DNA of 63,678 nucleotides, the filler included, from Octopus bimaculoides (taxonomy: Eukaryota), in the NCBI RefSeq assembly GCF_001194135.2. It is 5 parts of 5 records of this genome, joined end to end, with 100 filler letters (N's around TTAATTAATTAA, not from the genome) between each part and the next. Parts side by side here need not be neighbours in the genome. Positions count along the whole stretch, not along the records: positions 20,350 to 43,898 come from NC_068990.1; positions 43,999 to 57,251 come from NC_068995.1; 3 more parts are not named here. One strand, written 5' to 3'. The number at the start of each line of letters is the position of its first letter. The stretch's first letter is position 1. The translations under genes were made by a program, and so were the position numbers. The notes under the pieces are model-generated. The model made no database searches. It worked only from the letters and a program-made list of their open reading frames with translations, and was not told the DNA's origin. Below are positions 36,585 through 51,606 of the stretch, piece after piece.

Positions 36585-38837
36585 AGAGGCGTGTATGCTA
36601 TACGGTATATTTTGGCACTAAATCCCCAAAAGGTTATTTTACAAAAATTCTTTGGTTCTGCTTTAGGGTCATCAACAGCAATTGATACAAATGTAATATA
36701 TAAGTTATTAATGGACCGTCAAAGACTCAGTACTGTTAATAATTACAACACCTGAATTTATTGACAACATATTCAGTTGATATAGGGATGGAATTTGATC
36801 ATAAGAATTGCTTATGCTTGGTAGTCGTATGCGAGAAATTCGCTTCTAAAACGTAAAGTCTTAGCATCAGTGGTCATGTGTTTCCCATGTTCCCTCAACA
36901 AGTGTTACATATATGAAGCTATTGACGAAAATATTTAAAGGTGCTTTGAACCAATATAGATAGAATGACTAGAGAATATTACACTAGATTTTCAAAAATA
37001 TGGCAGTCGGAGCTTTCCACTTATATTTTAATATATATCCCTATGCATTTAAAGTACCAGAATTGGTACCAATATCGGTACCAATATATGGGTTACATGG
37101 CTGGTCCGTATATATGAAAATACGTAAAATTGCAAGATCGTCACTTCAAGTAGAATCTATCGTAGAAAAGGCAGTATTTGTCAGGCTGTCTCACTAAGGA
37201 AAGGAGTGGATAAGGTGCTTAACTACCGTTTAAATACATTTTGAGTATAGGATCATTTCCCAGACACAGCACCTTCTAAATAACAGCAGCAGATATAAAT
37301 ACATCAATCAAGGACTAAAAAGTGCACAGCTGCCCTACACATTTCTCCGAAAATCAGTGTAATAGAGAATATTTATGGACTACTACTTTGACAACATACA
37401 GTTTAACTATTCAGATTATATATTCACAAGTGTACCTAAAAGTGGTGGTCATTTGTCTTATATTAGTAACTGTTTAAATGACATTGTCGAAAAAACAAGT
37501 TCTTTTTCTTTTCTTTTCTTTTTTTTTTTTTTNNNNNNNNNNTTTTTTTTTTTTTTTTTTGTAAGCACACTAGGTATCAGCAAACGCATTTTCGTAAATT
37601 TCGTTTACTAACGGTAAAACGGAAATATGTAAAGCTTTCTAATGTCGAACATGTAACTCTTCACCGTTATCTCACTTCCGCGGATGGAGTTTTATAGTTT
37701 TGTAAGAAACCAGCTCGTTCATTGAAAGAAGAATACATGAAAAAAAATAATAATGATAGGATAATATGCTTACGTATGTGTGCGTTTATATATGTATGCA
37801 TACGATTTTAACTTGTATATTTTTTTCTGTCACATTCACCTGAGGTTTGTCAACACACTCCATCTCACTCACACACGTAAGCATATAAATATAAAGACAG
37901 GTGTTTACATATTTATGCCCGTGTGCATATGTGTATATATATATATATATATATACAAAGAGAGAAAGAGAGAGAGTGACAGTTAGATAGATAGATAGAT
38001 ATAATTGTATATATATATATATGGATACATCTGCGTGTGTGTGTGTGTGTGTATGTATGAATGTTTGTTCATATATACACACACTCAAATGTATCTATAT
38101 ATATACAATAGTATGAATGTTCATTCATACATACCAATATACCTATATTTATTTATTTATACATTCGTATAAAAATACAATTGCACAGTTAAATGCTTAT
38201 TAAAATTTCATGTGTTTGAACATCAAGTTATTTCCTTCCTTGTCTAAAAGAAATGAAAAATTAGTCGACATTTATACAAATAATTCTTTCACTTTATTTT
38301 GAAAATAAATACATAAATATTTAAATAACTAGATAAGTAATCAACAATACAGAAATCCATAAATATTTTAATGAATACGAAGGTAAATAAATACATGAAA
38401 ATGCGTCATGCTGGTTACCCGACAGAGATTTGTTTACTAGCTTCTGTTGTTTGTTTTTCTATAAACAGCAAAGTTATTTCTGCTTGTAGGTTATCATACC
38501 TAATATTTGTCTGACATAACCACATCAGGAGACAGTATCGCTTAGTGTTGTTAGTATTGTTGTTGTTTAGCTTCAGGTTACTCTCCATGAATATGTTTTT
38601 ATCTTTCTTTTTTCTTCTTTATAGTGAATGTATCTAGTAGAAAATTATATAATCTGTTCATATCTTTAGTAAAGTGGCAAGTGTATGATTAAAAGAATAT
38701 TGACTGCTTTTTCGAGAAGAATAAGCACTTTCCTAGAGGATTCCTTGTTATCTCACATAAGACTTTTCTGTTCCCTTTTTGTTTGTCTGTAAACTACGAT
38801 AGAGATCAGTCTTCTGGACCAGGTATTTTTCTGACTA

Positions 38838-39080
38838 GGAGGGAGTGCTAAAGGTTCCTGGGTTTAAGGGTGTCGGGAAAGGCCTGGTTGGAGGCCCAAC
38901 TTTCCCAATTCTTTTACAAGACTTAGAAAAACTGAAGAACTGCTTCAATAAGTGTGAGAGGGAAATACGATGAGGGGAATACGAAATCTGAGAGGGGAAT
39001 ACGATGAATAAAATCATTATTAACTGATCCTCCTGCATTTTCTTTTACCAAAAGCCAGGAACTTTTCAGCACCCACTCCC
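38838..39080. mobile_element. Mariner-derived MITE
   Basis: TIRs ggagggagtgctaaaggttcctgg and ccaggaacttttcagcacccactccc, with TA on the left flank. Contains a short internal duplication of gagaggggaatacgatga. Confidence 0.75.
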
Positions 39081-41542
39081 ATGTTTTAGTGTAGTATCTC
39101 TATAATGGCTGGCCAATTGATCAACAGAAATCGTTAAAGCTTCCGTTGGGTCTATGCAAAGACGCCTAAGGTTTAATTTCAATACCCGGCACCCTGTGTA
39201 GTGAATATCAGCACTATATGTACAGCAATGAATGTTAGATATGATACCAAAACATCGATTCACAGCATCACTTGCGGAGACAGGCCCGATGCTACTCATG
39301 AGGGATAAAAAAATTTTTTAATAACTTGAAACTATATTTACTTTTAGTAAATTAGAAGTTTCTTTGTCAATAGAAAACTGCTTTCGCCAAAACCGTTAGT
39401 TTGCCAAGAATACGAATGCTTTACACGTGCTGTCACAATACGATCTAGAATATGTCTGCTGTTGGTTTTTCTTTGTTTTTCATGATTCATAAATTTCTTC
39501 AATTCAGTCAAAAAACGCTTTTGCAGTTAAGTTACTCGAATTAAAGAAATTTCTCCTTAACCCTAGATAAGATACTGATGATTCTCTGGTAACTTCTTCT
39601 GTCAGATTTCGAGAAGTTTTATGCGGATACACTGCAATATTGAATGACCGGTCACCGTCACCAGCCATTTCCCACGGCTGTTTTGGCACCGAGCGCATTT
39701 TATCGCCAATCCATTCAGTGAAAAGAGATATGGCGAAAGAAACTAATTTTTTTAATCATTTGGTTATCATTCAAAATGTAATGAGATTTTAAAGCATTTA
39801 TCTTTACATAAATCAAAAGTGTAAATAGCGCGTTTGATCAATTCGTTAACACTGTTCTATTCTGTGTTTCAAATGTAGGATTTATTTAAATAATACATAG
39901 AGCTCGGAAACAAAAGTGTGTATCCCGACAGTATCAATTCTTAAATTTAGAACTACTCAAGATTAAAACCAGTTATCCATAAGAAAAATCCTCTTAGCAC
40001 CAAAACTTTTGTCATCGGATGATTTATGACTCCTGTATCGCGAGATTAAAGCTTACCTGACCCTAAGTTAAATGCTTCACCTGAGATATTCAGTGAAACG
40101 TAAATAGTTTAATATGTTATCCTTGCAGATATTTTCAGAGCCATCTACGTCACTAACACAATTATGACATAATTTTAGTATGCTATATAGTGCAGGGCTG
40201 CATTCATATTTAGGACTGTGTCACTAGCACATTCCGACATGGCTGAAGGTGGAGAACGGAAACTTGATACTACGCGTAAAGAAACCTTCGTCGATTTTAC
40301 ATTATTCCTGCCGTTGATGATAACCACCTCGATATTTGTTTATGTTTCGGGAGTTTGAGATGTTCAGAAAACACCTAGATATTTGAGTCTCTAAAAATAT
40401 TTTAACATCACAAGATTTATTTTTAAATTACAAAATCTCATGAGGAAATTACAATTAATGGGACCTCCCCACTCATCTCACAAACAGTAATTTTTCGCGC
40501 AGCGCTTTAAAGAAAGAAATGAGCACGTGTCATCATTTGTCCTTCGGAGACCTCAGGGGGCCGATGGGAAGCGTCATAAGCTTCCTATCCAGATGACTTA
40601 ACAAAAGACTTGGAATTTGAAATGAGAGACCATGACTTGGCTGTATAGAATTGTGAGCTGTGGTGTAAGGATTTCAGATGGCGGTTTCTACTGAGCTCAC
40701 CAAATCAAGATGATAAGTAGAGGAAGTACTTTGACCTTATGGACTCTTACACACTTTCCAGTTTTATTTTAGTAAATATTAACAGGCAATCACATACTTG
40801 TGAGACTGACACGTGCCATGCCCAGCTTCAAATATCTAGATCGATGTGAGTTTTCAGCTGTCAATAAGAGCTACAGACAGTTTTACTTAATCTCGTTTGC
40901 ATTGAGCAACTAACCAAAGAGCCATTCTTTGTGAGCTGTCATAAACTCTTCTCTCTCTTCAATTGTTTTATGGAGGCAGTAATGGCTTTGGAGTTCAGAC
41001 GCCCACTTAACAATGACGTATTTTGGTTCAATTCCATTTCAAGAAAAATAGATCAAGAGTCTTCTACATACCCGGGTTGGCTTCAGTTTTGAGAAAGAAA
41101 TTTGGTATGGAAGGTTTTTAAGAGAACTGTTTCTGCTCTTGGTCAGTGAAGCTGAAATGTCGCCCCATATTTTGTTACAAATATTTTGATAATGTCTGGG
41201 GCCTGAATTTAGTTTTTTTTCTGTCAATTTCGAAAGCCCTGAGAATCTTGTGGAAGATTTTGTTCCTCTTCTGACAAAGGATAATTAGTACAAACTTAAC
41301 ACGGGATATTAAAGAATCCCTCGACCTTCTAGAAACAGTAGCTGAATCACTCTCAACTCACACTCTGCCATCTTTTAAGCGTTCAGACGAATACAATAAT
41401 GGTTACCTCAATATTCTTTGTCTGAAACAAAGGTAGGATATCCAAGGATGGAATGCCTATCTTTATTGGTCTGTTCATTCAAAGATGACATAGCTAAACA
41501 GCAATAACATCAAGAATTACTTCATCGAAAAATTTCATTGGC

Positions 41543-41545
<3 letters not shown>

Positions 41546-41635
<90 letters not shown>
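41546..41635. repeat. (TG)n microsatellite of about 90 bp (representative of dozens in the window)
   Basis: Directly visible. Confidence 0.95.
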
Positions 41636-41636
<1 letters not shown>

Positions 41637-43898
41637 AAGAGTACAGAGATCGTAGTTCTAACTTCATCTCTTCCCAGGAATATTCAGAGATGAAACTCTG
41701 ACTCATTGATTTTCTCCGTACGTTGAAGATTTGCTTGCAAATAACCGTGATAACTGACCATCAGGCATGATAATGGTGGTGGGTTAGTCTGAGATTGTTT
41801 GTTTTAAGGTGTGTGCCTACGGTTTGATGCTTGACTGTAATTAAGATTCTCTGCTTGGTTCAACCCTCACGATAATCGACTTTACTTTTCATCTCTCTCG
41901 GATTGATGAAGTAAATACAGAATTATATTGATTGGTTCCATTTAACGCAAGATTCGGTTTGTTTTGTTGTCGGTACATTCCAGTAAAATGTCGCGGGTTT
42001 CATATATTTATTTTCAAGTCTATCCTGCTGTGGGAACAAAGAGAAAAGAAAGCTCTCAAGGAAATATACAATAAAAAAAAGAAAAAAGGAATGGCTCTAG
42101 TGATTAGCCATTTTATTTCACTCTCATTACTAACTTCCCTGGGAAACGCGTCACTGATATACCCTCGATTCATGTCTCCCATGAAAGTAATATAGCTAAT
42201 AAACCCTTGATAGATACAGCTCATTAAGAGCAGACATGAGAAACTATATATAGTTGATATTAAACGCTACTTGTTCAGAATCTGTATGTTATGTTTCTGC
42301 GTGAAATTAATATTTGTTTGTATTTATTATGGCGCCTTAATCTGGATGAAGAAATAACTGTCAATTGGAGTGAAACATTTATTTTGATGCTGACATTATT
42401 CCTTTATGTTGTCATTAAATATCTACGGTTCATCGATTCAGAACAATTGCTGTTTAACAAAAGAGTTGAACTATTTTAAAGGGCTTCATCGTACTAAAGA
42501 TGTCAATAAATTCCTCTCCGTTGCATATAAGTTTTTCTAGGGATATCGTGCTTAGAACCACACCTTTCGATAGCAGCTTCCTCTGCTCTTACATTTGATC
42601 ATCATTTCTGTATGCATTAATCCTTAACCAAAATATATTTAGTTAAAAAGGGAAAATAAAAGAAAATCACACGCTTATGTACTACTACTTCAGGATTCGT
42701 ACTACAAATCGACTTGTAGGTAGTAATAAACAGATTGAATTTCTTTAAAATTCTCTATAGAATTATGTATAAAGTTTTGAGTTATTTGAATTTTATTTCT
42801 TAAGACTTATTGCAGTTGATTCTGAATCAGAGGTGGGAATAACTAAATTGCATTCAAATCCTTAGCATATGAGGACTATATGAGTACCTTACTTCTACGA
42901 TAAGCTAGATAATCTCTTACCGGTGAATCTCACCACACATCATAAGTTTTATTCATTTATATGTCCCCATATATAAGAAGCGTTATTTGCCTACTTAATA
43001 TCCTTGTAATGCTCAGTAGCTATTTACACATATCAATCCTGTATAATTAAAATAATCTGCATATATTTATTACGCGGTTATTTTATATTCGCACTTTTGT
43101 TTTCCAAATCTATCAACTTCGAATTTTACCGGTCATTGCTGGGTCACTCAGACACCAATAGTAGGCTAGCGTATTGCGTCTTACAAACCAAAGAGGTAAG
43201 CCTCAAGTTGCGGGAAGTAATAGACAAAACTCGTTCAAGTTAAACTCTACTATCCTGAAAAAGAAGAACTTGAGTAAAGTTTGCCTAAATTTTATTGACC
43301 AGTTGTTGACTTACAATTTTGGCAATATTCCTAAACAAATGGAATGATTAGGACATTCAAATCATGAAATTATATACAGACCAAAACGAAACTAGAGATA
43401 ACGAATCGACATGTGCGGGTTCCTTATTTTGAATTTTACAACAGCAATAAAACAAAAGTGGTACAGTTAGTATGAACTATAAAATAAAAGTTGGATGATT
43501 CAGTGACACACCTGACAATACAAATTATTTCTCCTATACAGGTACTTTTTAATCATTAACTAAAGTCGCAGGAAATGAGATTAATGAAAATCGGCAAAAA
43601 ATTATTTGAATACATTATATGTATATCTGAGTAAATGCGCTAAGCAGTGCTTACGTATTATCACAATTTAGGTCAGTTCGTCCATGGTTTCCCCTCTCAG
43701 ATACATCTGATCGACAAGAGTCGATAAACTCGAAACATCGATGTCTCAGATTCCCGAGAGAGGGCGACACTCAATGAAAGGGGTGTTTTCCCACCTTTCT
43801 ACCATAAGACAGATTTTTTTCTCCACGGAAACTGCAGTGTATTTGCCTTTAGCAATTGAAATATGTGAGAATCATATTTCAACTAAACTAAACATATA

Positions 43899-43998
43899 NN
43901 NNNNNNNNNNNNNNNNNNNNNNNNNNNNNNNNNNNNNNNNNNTTAATTAATTAANNNNNNNNNNNNNNNNNNNNNNNNNNNNNNNNNNNNNNNNNNNN
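43899..43998. other. Artificial scaffold spacer 44N-TTAATTAATTAA-44N
   Basis: Same 100-bp design. Confidence 0.95.
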
Positions 43999-44041
<43 letters not shown>

Positions 44042-44374
44042 AGAGAGAGATGTGTTGAAATGATTCAAACACATTTTCAGGAAGAAGTTTTCAGCAAACC
44101 GCCGCCGCAACTGGTTTGAACAAGTGACCACTTCCTAGAAGGAAGCGAGACGACCACGACCACGACCACGACGATGACGTTGATGACGGCGATGATAATG
44201 ATGAGGCCCTGAACACGGTGGTGTGCCGATCCCTCCACTCTCTCGTCTCTTTGTATAGCTGTTGTTGATGATGTTGTTGTTGTGCTGGTTCATGTCATCT
44301 TTGAGCAAGCAAATCTTATGCAGTGCAAGGACGACGCCAGACCCACAGATCCATTCCACGTCTCGGCTCACGAT

Positions 44375-44775
44375 TATGTTTCATCGTTTACCTGTTTCAG
44401 ATATTGGACTGCGCCCATGCTGGAGCACCGCCTTAAAAGGCTTAGTCGAACAAATCAACCCCAGTTCTTCCTTAAGCCTACCACTTATTCTACCGGTCAC
44501 TTTTGCCGAACCTGTTATGGGAACGTAAACAACAACCACATGGTCCCGGGTTCAGTCCCACTGCGTGGCACCTTGGGCAAGTGTCTTCTCCTATAGCTTC
44601 GGGCTCACCAAAGCCTTTTGAGTGGATTTGGTAGACGGAAACTGGAAGAAGCCCGTCGTATATGTATATATTTGTATATGTATGTGCGTGTATATGTCTG
44701 TGTATCTGTGTTTGTCCCCACCTCCAATCGCTTGACTATCAATACGTCCCCGTAACTTAGCGGTTCGGCAAAAGT
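44375..44775. mobile_element. SINE A with internally inverted arrangement
   Basis: 44375-44533 is the A tail on the minus strand; 44533-44775 is the A head/body on the plus strand. Confidence 0.8.
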
Positions 44776-44894
44776 TTATATAAAACTGTGATTTGAGGGA
44801 GATATGGCTATTATTTGTAGCAGGTCAAGCGAAGGTGTAGAGGTGCCCTCATTGGCTCGTATAGGTGTGTTCCGTAATTTTTTTCATGACAAAT

Positions 44895-45110
44895 GCGGCG
44901 AGCTGACAGTGTCGTCAGCACGCCGGGCGAAATGCTTAGCGGTATTTCGTCTGTCTTTACGTTCTGAGTTCAAATTCCGCCGAGGTCGACTTTACCTTTC
45001 ATCCTTTCGGGGTCGATAAATTGAGTACCAGTTATGTGTTGGGGTCGATCTAATCGACTGGGTCCCCTCCCCCAAAATTTCGGGCCTTGTGCCTACAGTA
45101 GAAAAGATTA
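44895..45110 (+). mobile_element. SINE B
   Basis: Full head, B-box, central domain and ggccttgtgcct...agtagaaaag tail. Confidence 0.88.
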
Positions 45111-46199
45111 CTTTTTCAAGACAGTGTGGTATGATTTGAAAACGATTTGATTGCTATTTCTAGCATGACGTACGACCACGTAGGGACGCACTCGTTGGTT
45201 CATTGCTGCTGTTGGTGCTCTAGGGTAGTTTCAGTTTCGTACTGAATGATGGTTGTCATTGTTACAGTGATGGCAACGTAATAAAAGAGATAATAACGTT
45301 GATGATAATAGTGTTGTTGTTGTTGTTGTTGTTGGTGGCGGTGGTGGTTTATACAAAACTTCTCGCTAAAGCAATTTGTTATAAGAAGTGTGATATGCAG
45401 TGTAACTGTAGCATTTTTAACATTCTTCGTGCCCACATTTGCACATCTGTGAATGAGTAAACTTCAATCAGTTTTTAATCACGCACAAAGTTGGCTGGCT
45501 TGCCTCTCTGGCTACACTGTTATATAAGATGCCTTGTTAGATCAAAGAGAGAGAGAGAGAGTTTCTTCACACATACACACACATGCACACACACACATGC
45601 ACACACACATGCACACACACACATGCACACACACACATGCACACACACATGCACACACACATGCACACACGCACGCACGCACACACACGAATTCACACAT
45701 TTACACTCATGTATGTTGAAAACGCATCACAATCTGAGCTTGCTGGGAAGGAATTTACCGCGTGCTTCAACACACACACACACACATACACATACGCACA
45801 AACATACACGCATATGCACACACATATTAGCGCAATATACATGCATACACAAATACATACACACACAGACACATATATAGCACATACATAGAGACCCACA
45901 TGCACGCACACGCATACACACACATGTATATAAACACATGCATACTCACAGAGACACACACATATATTTCAACAGGTACACATTAGCACAAAATGCTAAA
46001 TAGCCATTTGACTGCACAAATAAGCGATGAAACGAATGTGAATATCATATTTCCATCGCACTGACTTTCTTCCCATCATCACTTCATCCTCCTTTTGCGA
46101 GTAAACACCATCCGGCCGCGTCTGGCATTTCTAGCAGTTTGGCATTTTCTCAGTTAAAAACATTCTGACCAAGCCTTTCGTTTGGCTATAAACTCGAAG

Positions 46200-46358
46200 T
46201 CACGGCGGGAAACGATCGGCGCTTTACATTCACATGGTTTCCGGTTCAGTCTCACTGCGTGGCATCTTGGGCAGATCTCTTCTACAACAAGTCAGGGCCG
46301 ACCAAAGTCTTGAGAGTGGATTTGATAAACAGAAACCGAAAGAAACCCTCAACGTAGG

Positions 46359-46403
<45 letters not shown>

Positions 46404-46545
46404 GGACGGACGGACAGGCAGACAGATAGACAGATAAACAGATAGGTAGATGTGTGTGTGTGTGTGTTTGTGTTCCCCACCATCACCACCTGATAATAGA
46501 TTTTAGTTTCTGTACTCCCTGTAATTTAGCGGAGAGGCAAAAAGA
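46200..46545 (+). mobile_element. Diverged SINE A with internal (GACA)n/(GT)n tract
   Basis: ggttcagtctcactgcgtggcatcttgggcag...gtggatttg...ccctgtaatttagcgg. Confidence 0.7.
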
Positions 46546-46730
46546 GGGTCTATGAGATGTTGTGCAAGCGTTATTGGATCTAAAACCCTGCACAAGTATT
46601 GCTGATCTCTGCTCGATATGTGCTGCTTTTTTTTCTATATCCTAGAGCGCGCAATGTTCCTGAAGGTCAGTCATCGTCTTCCTCGGTCGCGAGTGGACGG
46701 CCAACATATCATATCATATCATATCATATA

Positions 46731-46770
<40 letters not shown>

Positions 46771-46903
46771 TGTATGAGTATATATGTATGTAGATAGATA
46801 GATAGATAGATAGGTAGATAGATAGGTAGGTAGATAGACAGATAGATACACACACGTACTCATGTACACGCACACTTACATACACACACGTATGCGCACA
46901 CGC

Positions 46904-46935
<32 letters not shown>

Positions 46936-48104
46936 GTTCTTGTATCTACTTGATCTAAAGTCATATGTTGACGCAGGTTTTGTTGTATCTTGGACGGATC
47001 ATCACGCCAATAATAAACACACGCACTGGTTCGATTTCGATTTCCATTGTTTATCATTCGTCATCTGATCAACTATTTAACCAATTAACTATTCAATTGC
47101 TTGATCAATTGATCAGTAAATCAATCAATCTTACAGGTTTGTCAGAGACCTTCTATCGCCATTCACGACCTCATCAATGACTTGCCCTCTCTACTCCGCA
47201 AGTGTATATGTTTGTAGGTGTTTGTGTGCGTATATTTATACATATGTGTGCCTATATATACATACATATACATATACATACACACACACGTACACACACT
47301 CACACACACACACACATCCACACACATACATAAAAATGCACAATAAAAGCTATACTGCATTACAGATGAATTATGAATTAGTCGATTGTTCAAACTCGAG
47401 AGAAACATATTAAAAGAAAAGCTAATACAAAAACTTATACGATGAACGTGAAGAACAACAATAAACAGTGTTGTTACTCTATATATGAGAGAAGTATATT
47501 CCCAGCCATCATACAAGAAGCATAATTAATATAGTGTTGGCAGATTTAATGCAAGCAACGTTAAAAAGCTGAAGTAATGAAGACGTAACAAAAAATGGGT
47601 TTTAGTCATTGAAACAATGTTTTCATTTTTTGCCTCCAAGTACGGACGGTAATTCCAAATGAGTTTCGATCTTATTATGAGCTCCTCAGCGATGTAAAGA
47701 TTTCACTTTTACATAAATAGTGAAGGAAGAATCTCTAACTAGATGTACAAGAAGAAGAGATATCCTTTGCTAACATTTGCTGCGAGAAAGAATCAGCAAC
47801 ATTTTATGATGCTCTCGTGTTATCTTTATTACGTTTATATCTTTTTTTTTTTACGAACCTGTGTTCGTAGAAGGGTATTTCGGTGTTTGTGTGAGAATAT
47901 AATTTTATATGCATAGATACATACCCACTCACATTCTTATGTACATGTATATATATATATGCATACAAATATGTATATATACATGTATAAATATGCTTAT
48001 ATATATATATATATATATATATATANNNNNNNNNNGTGTGAGTGTGTATTTATATATGTACGTGTATATACGTGTGTAGTATGTATTTATGAACGTATAT
48101 ATAA

Positions 48105-48141
<37 letters not shown>

Positions 48142-49216
48142 AACATACATACACATATAAACAAGTGTCTGCGTTTGCGCGCGCGTGTTTGTGTGTGCAG
48201 TATGAATCTAGCAGTTTCACCAAATTAATGTTCAGACAATGAAGAATATTTATCAAAATGATATCTTTATGATATTTCTGAATCTGTATAATCAAGGTTT
48301 GCAGGACAGGTTTTATCCGAAGGATAAGGGAAAATGGCAGTTTAGATAACCGTGAAATGCCACAATAAGTGCTGTGTATCCCTATGAAATAAGCCATTCG
48401 TTTGATACTTAGAGCTGTGCATGGATAAAGTCTTAAACAGCAAAGTCATTTTTAAAAGATCATTATTTTGTGCCCGCTACTTTCGGTTTAAATGCATTAT
48501 TCGATATGATCGCAAACTTTCTAAATCCTGTACGCAAGCCCTTTGCACATAATCATTCTTATCACAAACATAGTCAGTCATAGATCTGCTCAAAACCTTG
48601 TTATTGCCATGATGTGGATGGACAACAGAGATTCCAGATAGAAATTTTCCAAACCCATCATCTCGCTACAACTGCAATGATATTAAATGATGTCTCCTTC
48701 ATGGTGTTTCACAAAGGCGCATGGGTTCTGCACAAAGATGGCTTACAGGTGATGCTCGATAAACTTTATAATGTTTTACTGCGAACAAGTTTAACAGCAG
48801 GTATGCTCACACATATATTCATTTAAATATATTGAAAAAACAGGATACAACCTCATTCTCCCCGTTTACTTGGTATCTGAAATTAAGACATATATAGACA
48901 GGCAATTTCACGATCAATTGGTCAATCGTTGAAACTACTACGTTCTATATTAACGATTGTCGTAGATATTTGCTCTGTTTATTAGGAAAGTTTAATAGTT
49001 TAATCCGGAATTACAGTAAATTAAATAGAATGTCTGAGTTGATCTGCAGTTGTCGCCATCGAAAGAAGTATCAGTTACGGTGATTTAAAATGTCTACTGA
49101 ACGATATTTCATAATATAACTACGTTAGTTCCTTTCACTTTTCATTTGTGTTGTTCACACAATTTGTTGTTGTCGTCGCAGATGCTGCTTTACACACACA
49201 TACACACATTTAGACA

Positions 49217-49356
49217 CGACGGACTTCCACACAATTGCAGTCCAGCAAATTCACTCAGAAGGCATTTGTCGATCAGAAGCTAAAGTAGAAGACACTAAAC
49301 TCGAAACCACGTGGCTGCAAAACGAGCATCTTAAACGCACGGCCATGCCCGCGCCT
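49217..49356 (-). mobile_element. SINE A head, internally deleted
   Basis: agtagaagacact...gaaaccacgtggctg...cggccatgcccgcgcct. Confidence 0.6.
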
Positions 49357-49685
49357 ATGAAGTCATGGCTATGCACGTGTATATCAGTGTATGTAAAAGT
49401 ACGTATGTATATCGATGTGAATAAGTATGCGAATAAGTAAAACATGACTGTTGATAGTAAGGCGCGCGGTTGTGGATACGTTCTTACGTGAGCAAGGCTG
49501 CATATATCAGAGAAGCAGTAAATAGCAAGGATGGGCGAGGCTAGTGTCGTGGGGAAAACCCGGTGGGAAATATACGCGATTTACAACAAGACAGGCCTCA
49601 TGTGTTGATAAAACATTTTACTATCTACACTGAATAGTAAAATGGTTTATATACATATCAAGACACATCACTAGTATACATAACG

Positions 49686-49727
<42 letters not shown>

Positions 49728-50051
49728 ATATATGTAGGTATATATGTGTGTATGTGTGTGTCCACATACGTATGTAAGCAAGTGTAAATCAAGTAGTCCA
49801 TCGTGTGATGTGCTACAAAGAGAAACATGGTAAAACATTGTAGTCGTCAGAGTTATCACGGAGCATCAACATATGCCGACCACACGCGCACACACACGCA
49901 CACACACGCACACACACACCTATTCTAAATCTTATCTTACTAAAACAGACCACCATCACCCTTCTCAAATTTTACTGATTATCCTTCAAATATACAAATA
50001 ATAAACGACAGAATAAAGAAAACACACACACCCGCACACACATACATACGT

Positions 50052-50089
<38 letters not shown>

Positions 50090-50475
50090 ATACGCACACA
50101 CGCACACATGTTTCTTGGGTTTATTGCGCGGTTACTTACGAGCAATTAACGCATGGAGACTTCCATTATCTTACCAAACAAGCTTTCGCTAAGCACATCG
50201 CTCTCGAATTGTTTATGATGTCACATCAACAGGTTTGGAGGAACGAGAGCCTTGTTCTAGATTTTAGGGTTCTTTATGAGGGTTCGTGAATAACTGCCAC
50301 AGATATAGGCATGACTGTAAGAATAAGGAGTTCGCTGGGCAATAACGTCGTCGCAGGTTCGACTTCACTGCATGCGTTTTAGAATAGATGTAATCGATCG
50401 TATCATAGCCAAGTAACCACTCGTGTTTCACGGGATGCAGTTTGGTAAATGAAACCTGGGCAGAGAAAGTTTGCC

Positions 50476-50507
<32 letters not shown>

Positions 50508-50740
50508 TTGTGTGTGTTTGTGTAATTGTGCATTTGCCTATGTATCTATTTCCATATATATAGATATGTATGTATACCTGTATGTGTGTGTGTGTGTCTA
50601 TACATGCATACATACACGCGCGCGCGCGCGTATATATATATATATATTTTCTTTCTTTTCCTTTGGATTTTCCCGTTCCTCTTGCTTCCGAAGAAGAGCT
50701 ATGCTCGTAAAGCAGCTACTCTTTTCCTTCCCCGAGCGTC

Positions 50741-50957
50741 ATATTCTTTTGTACTCTAAGCACAAAGTCCGAAATTTTGGGGCAGGGGGAACAGTCGATT
50801 AGATCGCCCCCGGTACGCAACTGGTACTTAATTTGTCGACCCCGAAAGGATGAAAGGCAAAGTCGACCTCGGCGGAATTTGAACTCAGAACATAAAGACA
50901 GACGAAATACCACTAAGCATTGTGCCCGATGTGCCAACGAATCTGCCAGCTCGCCGC
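50741..50957 (-). mobile_element. SINE B
   Basis: Full reverse-complement match. Confidence 0.88.
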
Positions 50958-51560
50958 TTTCAATAATAATAATAATAATAGTAATAATAATAATATTAAT
51001 AATAATAATAACAATAATAATAATAATAATAATAATAATGCAAAAAGAAAAGGAAAATGCATAAACAAGTAAAACAGTGCATCCGAGCTTATCGTAATCT
51101 CGCCGTTTCCTCCGCAATCCTTAATCTGTTGCTCTAGAATTTCTAGCACAAGGCAAAGGTTGTTATTAGCGGGTTATCAAACACGACACCAATGACCGGA
51201 TCCAAACGCTTGCTAGATATGGCAGTACCAGAGGGAGATAAGAAACAAACACAAGATAATCTAACAGTTGAATTTTATTAGAAAAAGTACAGTTTTAAAA
51301 TTTGAGATAACTAGGCGACTTGTTGAAGATAAAACCGTCAAAAAACGAAATCAGGAAATCTTATTTTCGTTTTATGACTGCAGACACCTGGAATATTGTC
51401 AGGAGGTGCTTTAGTTCAGCGTTCGCGCCTGGAACCGGTGGTTGCTAACTCGAAATTTGGCGTTAAGGCGTTGGCTCTGTTTATAAAAACCGGATTATAT
51501 GTTGTTTATATGAATCTACGTTAGGATATATAGGTACAAATACATGTGTATATGTATATC

Positions 51561-51606
<46 letters not shown>

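Noticed and set aside
48583-48800. Exon-like stretch ending CAG|gtatgc with vague EGF echoes (CSKPC, CNDIK*C, LDKL)
   Set aside because: Weak acceptor, and no single frame keeps EGF cysteine spacing.
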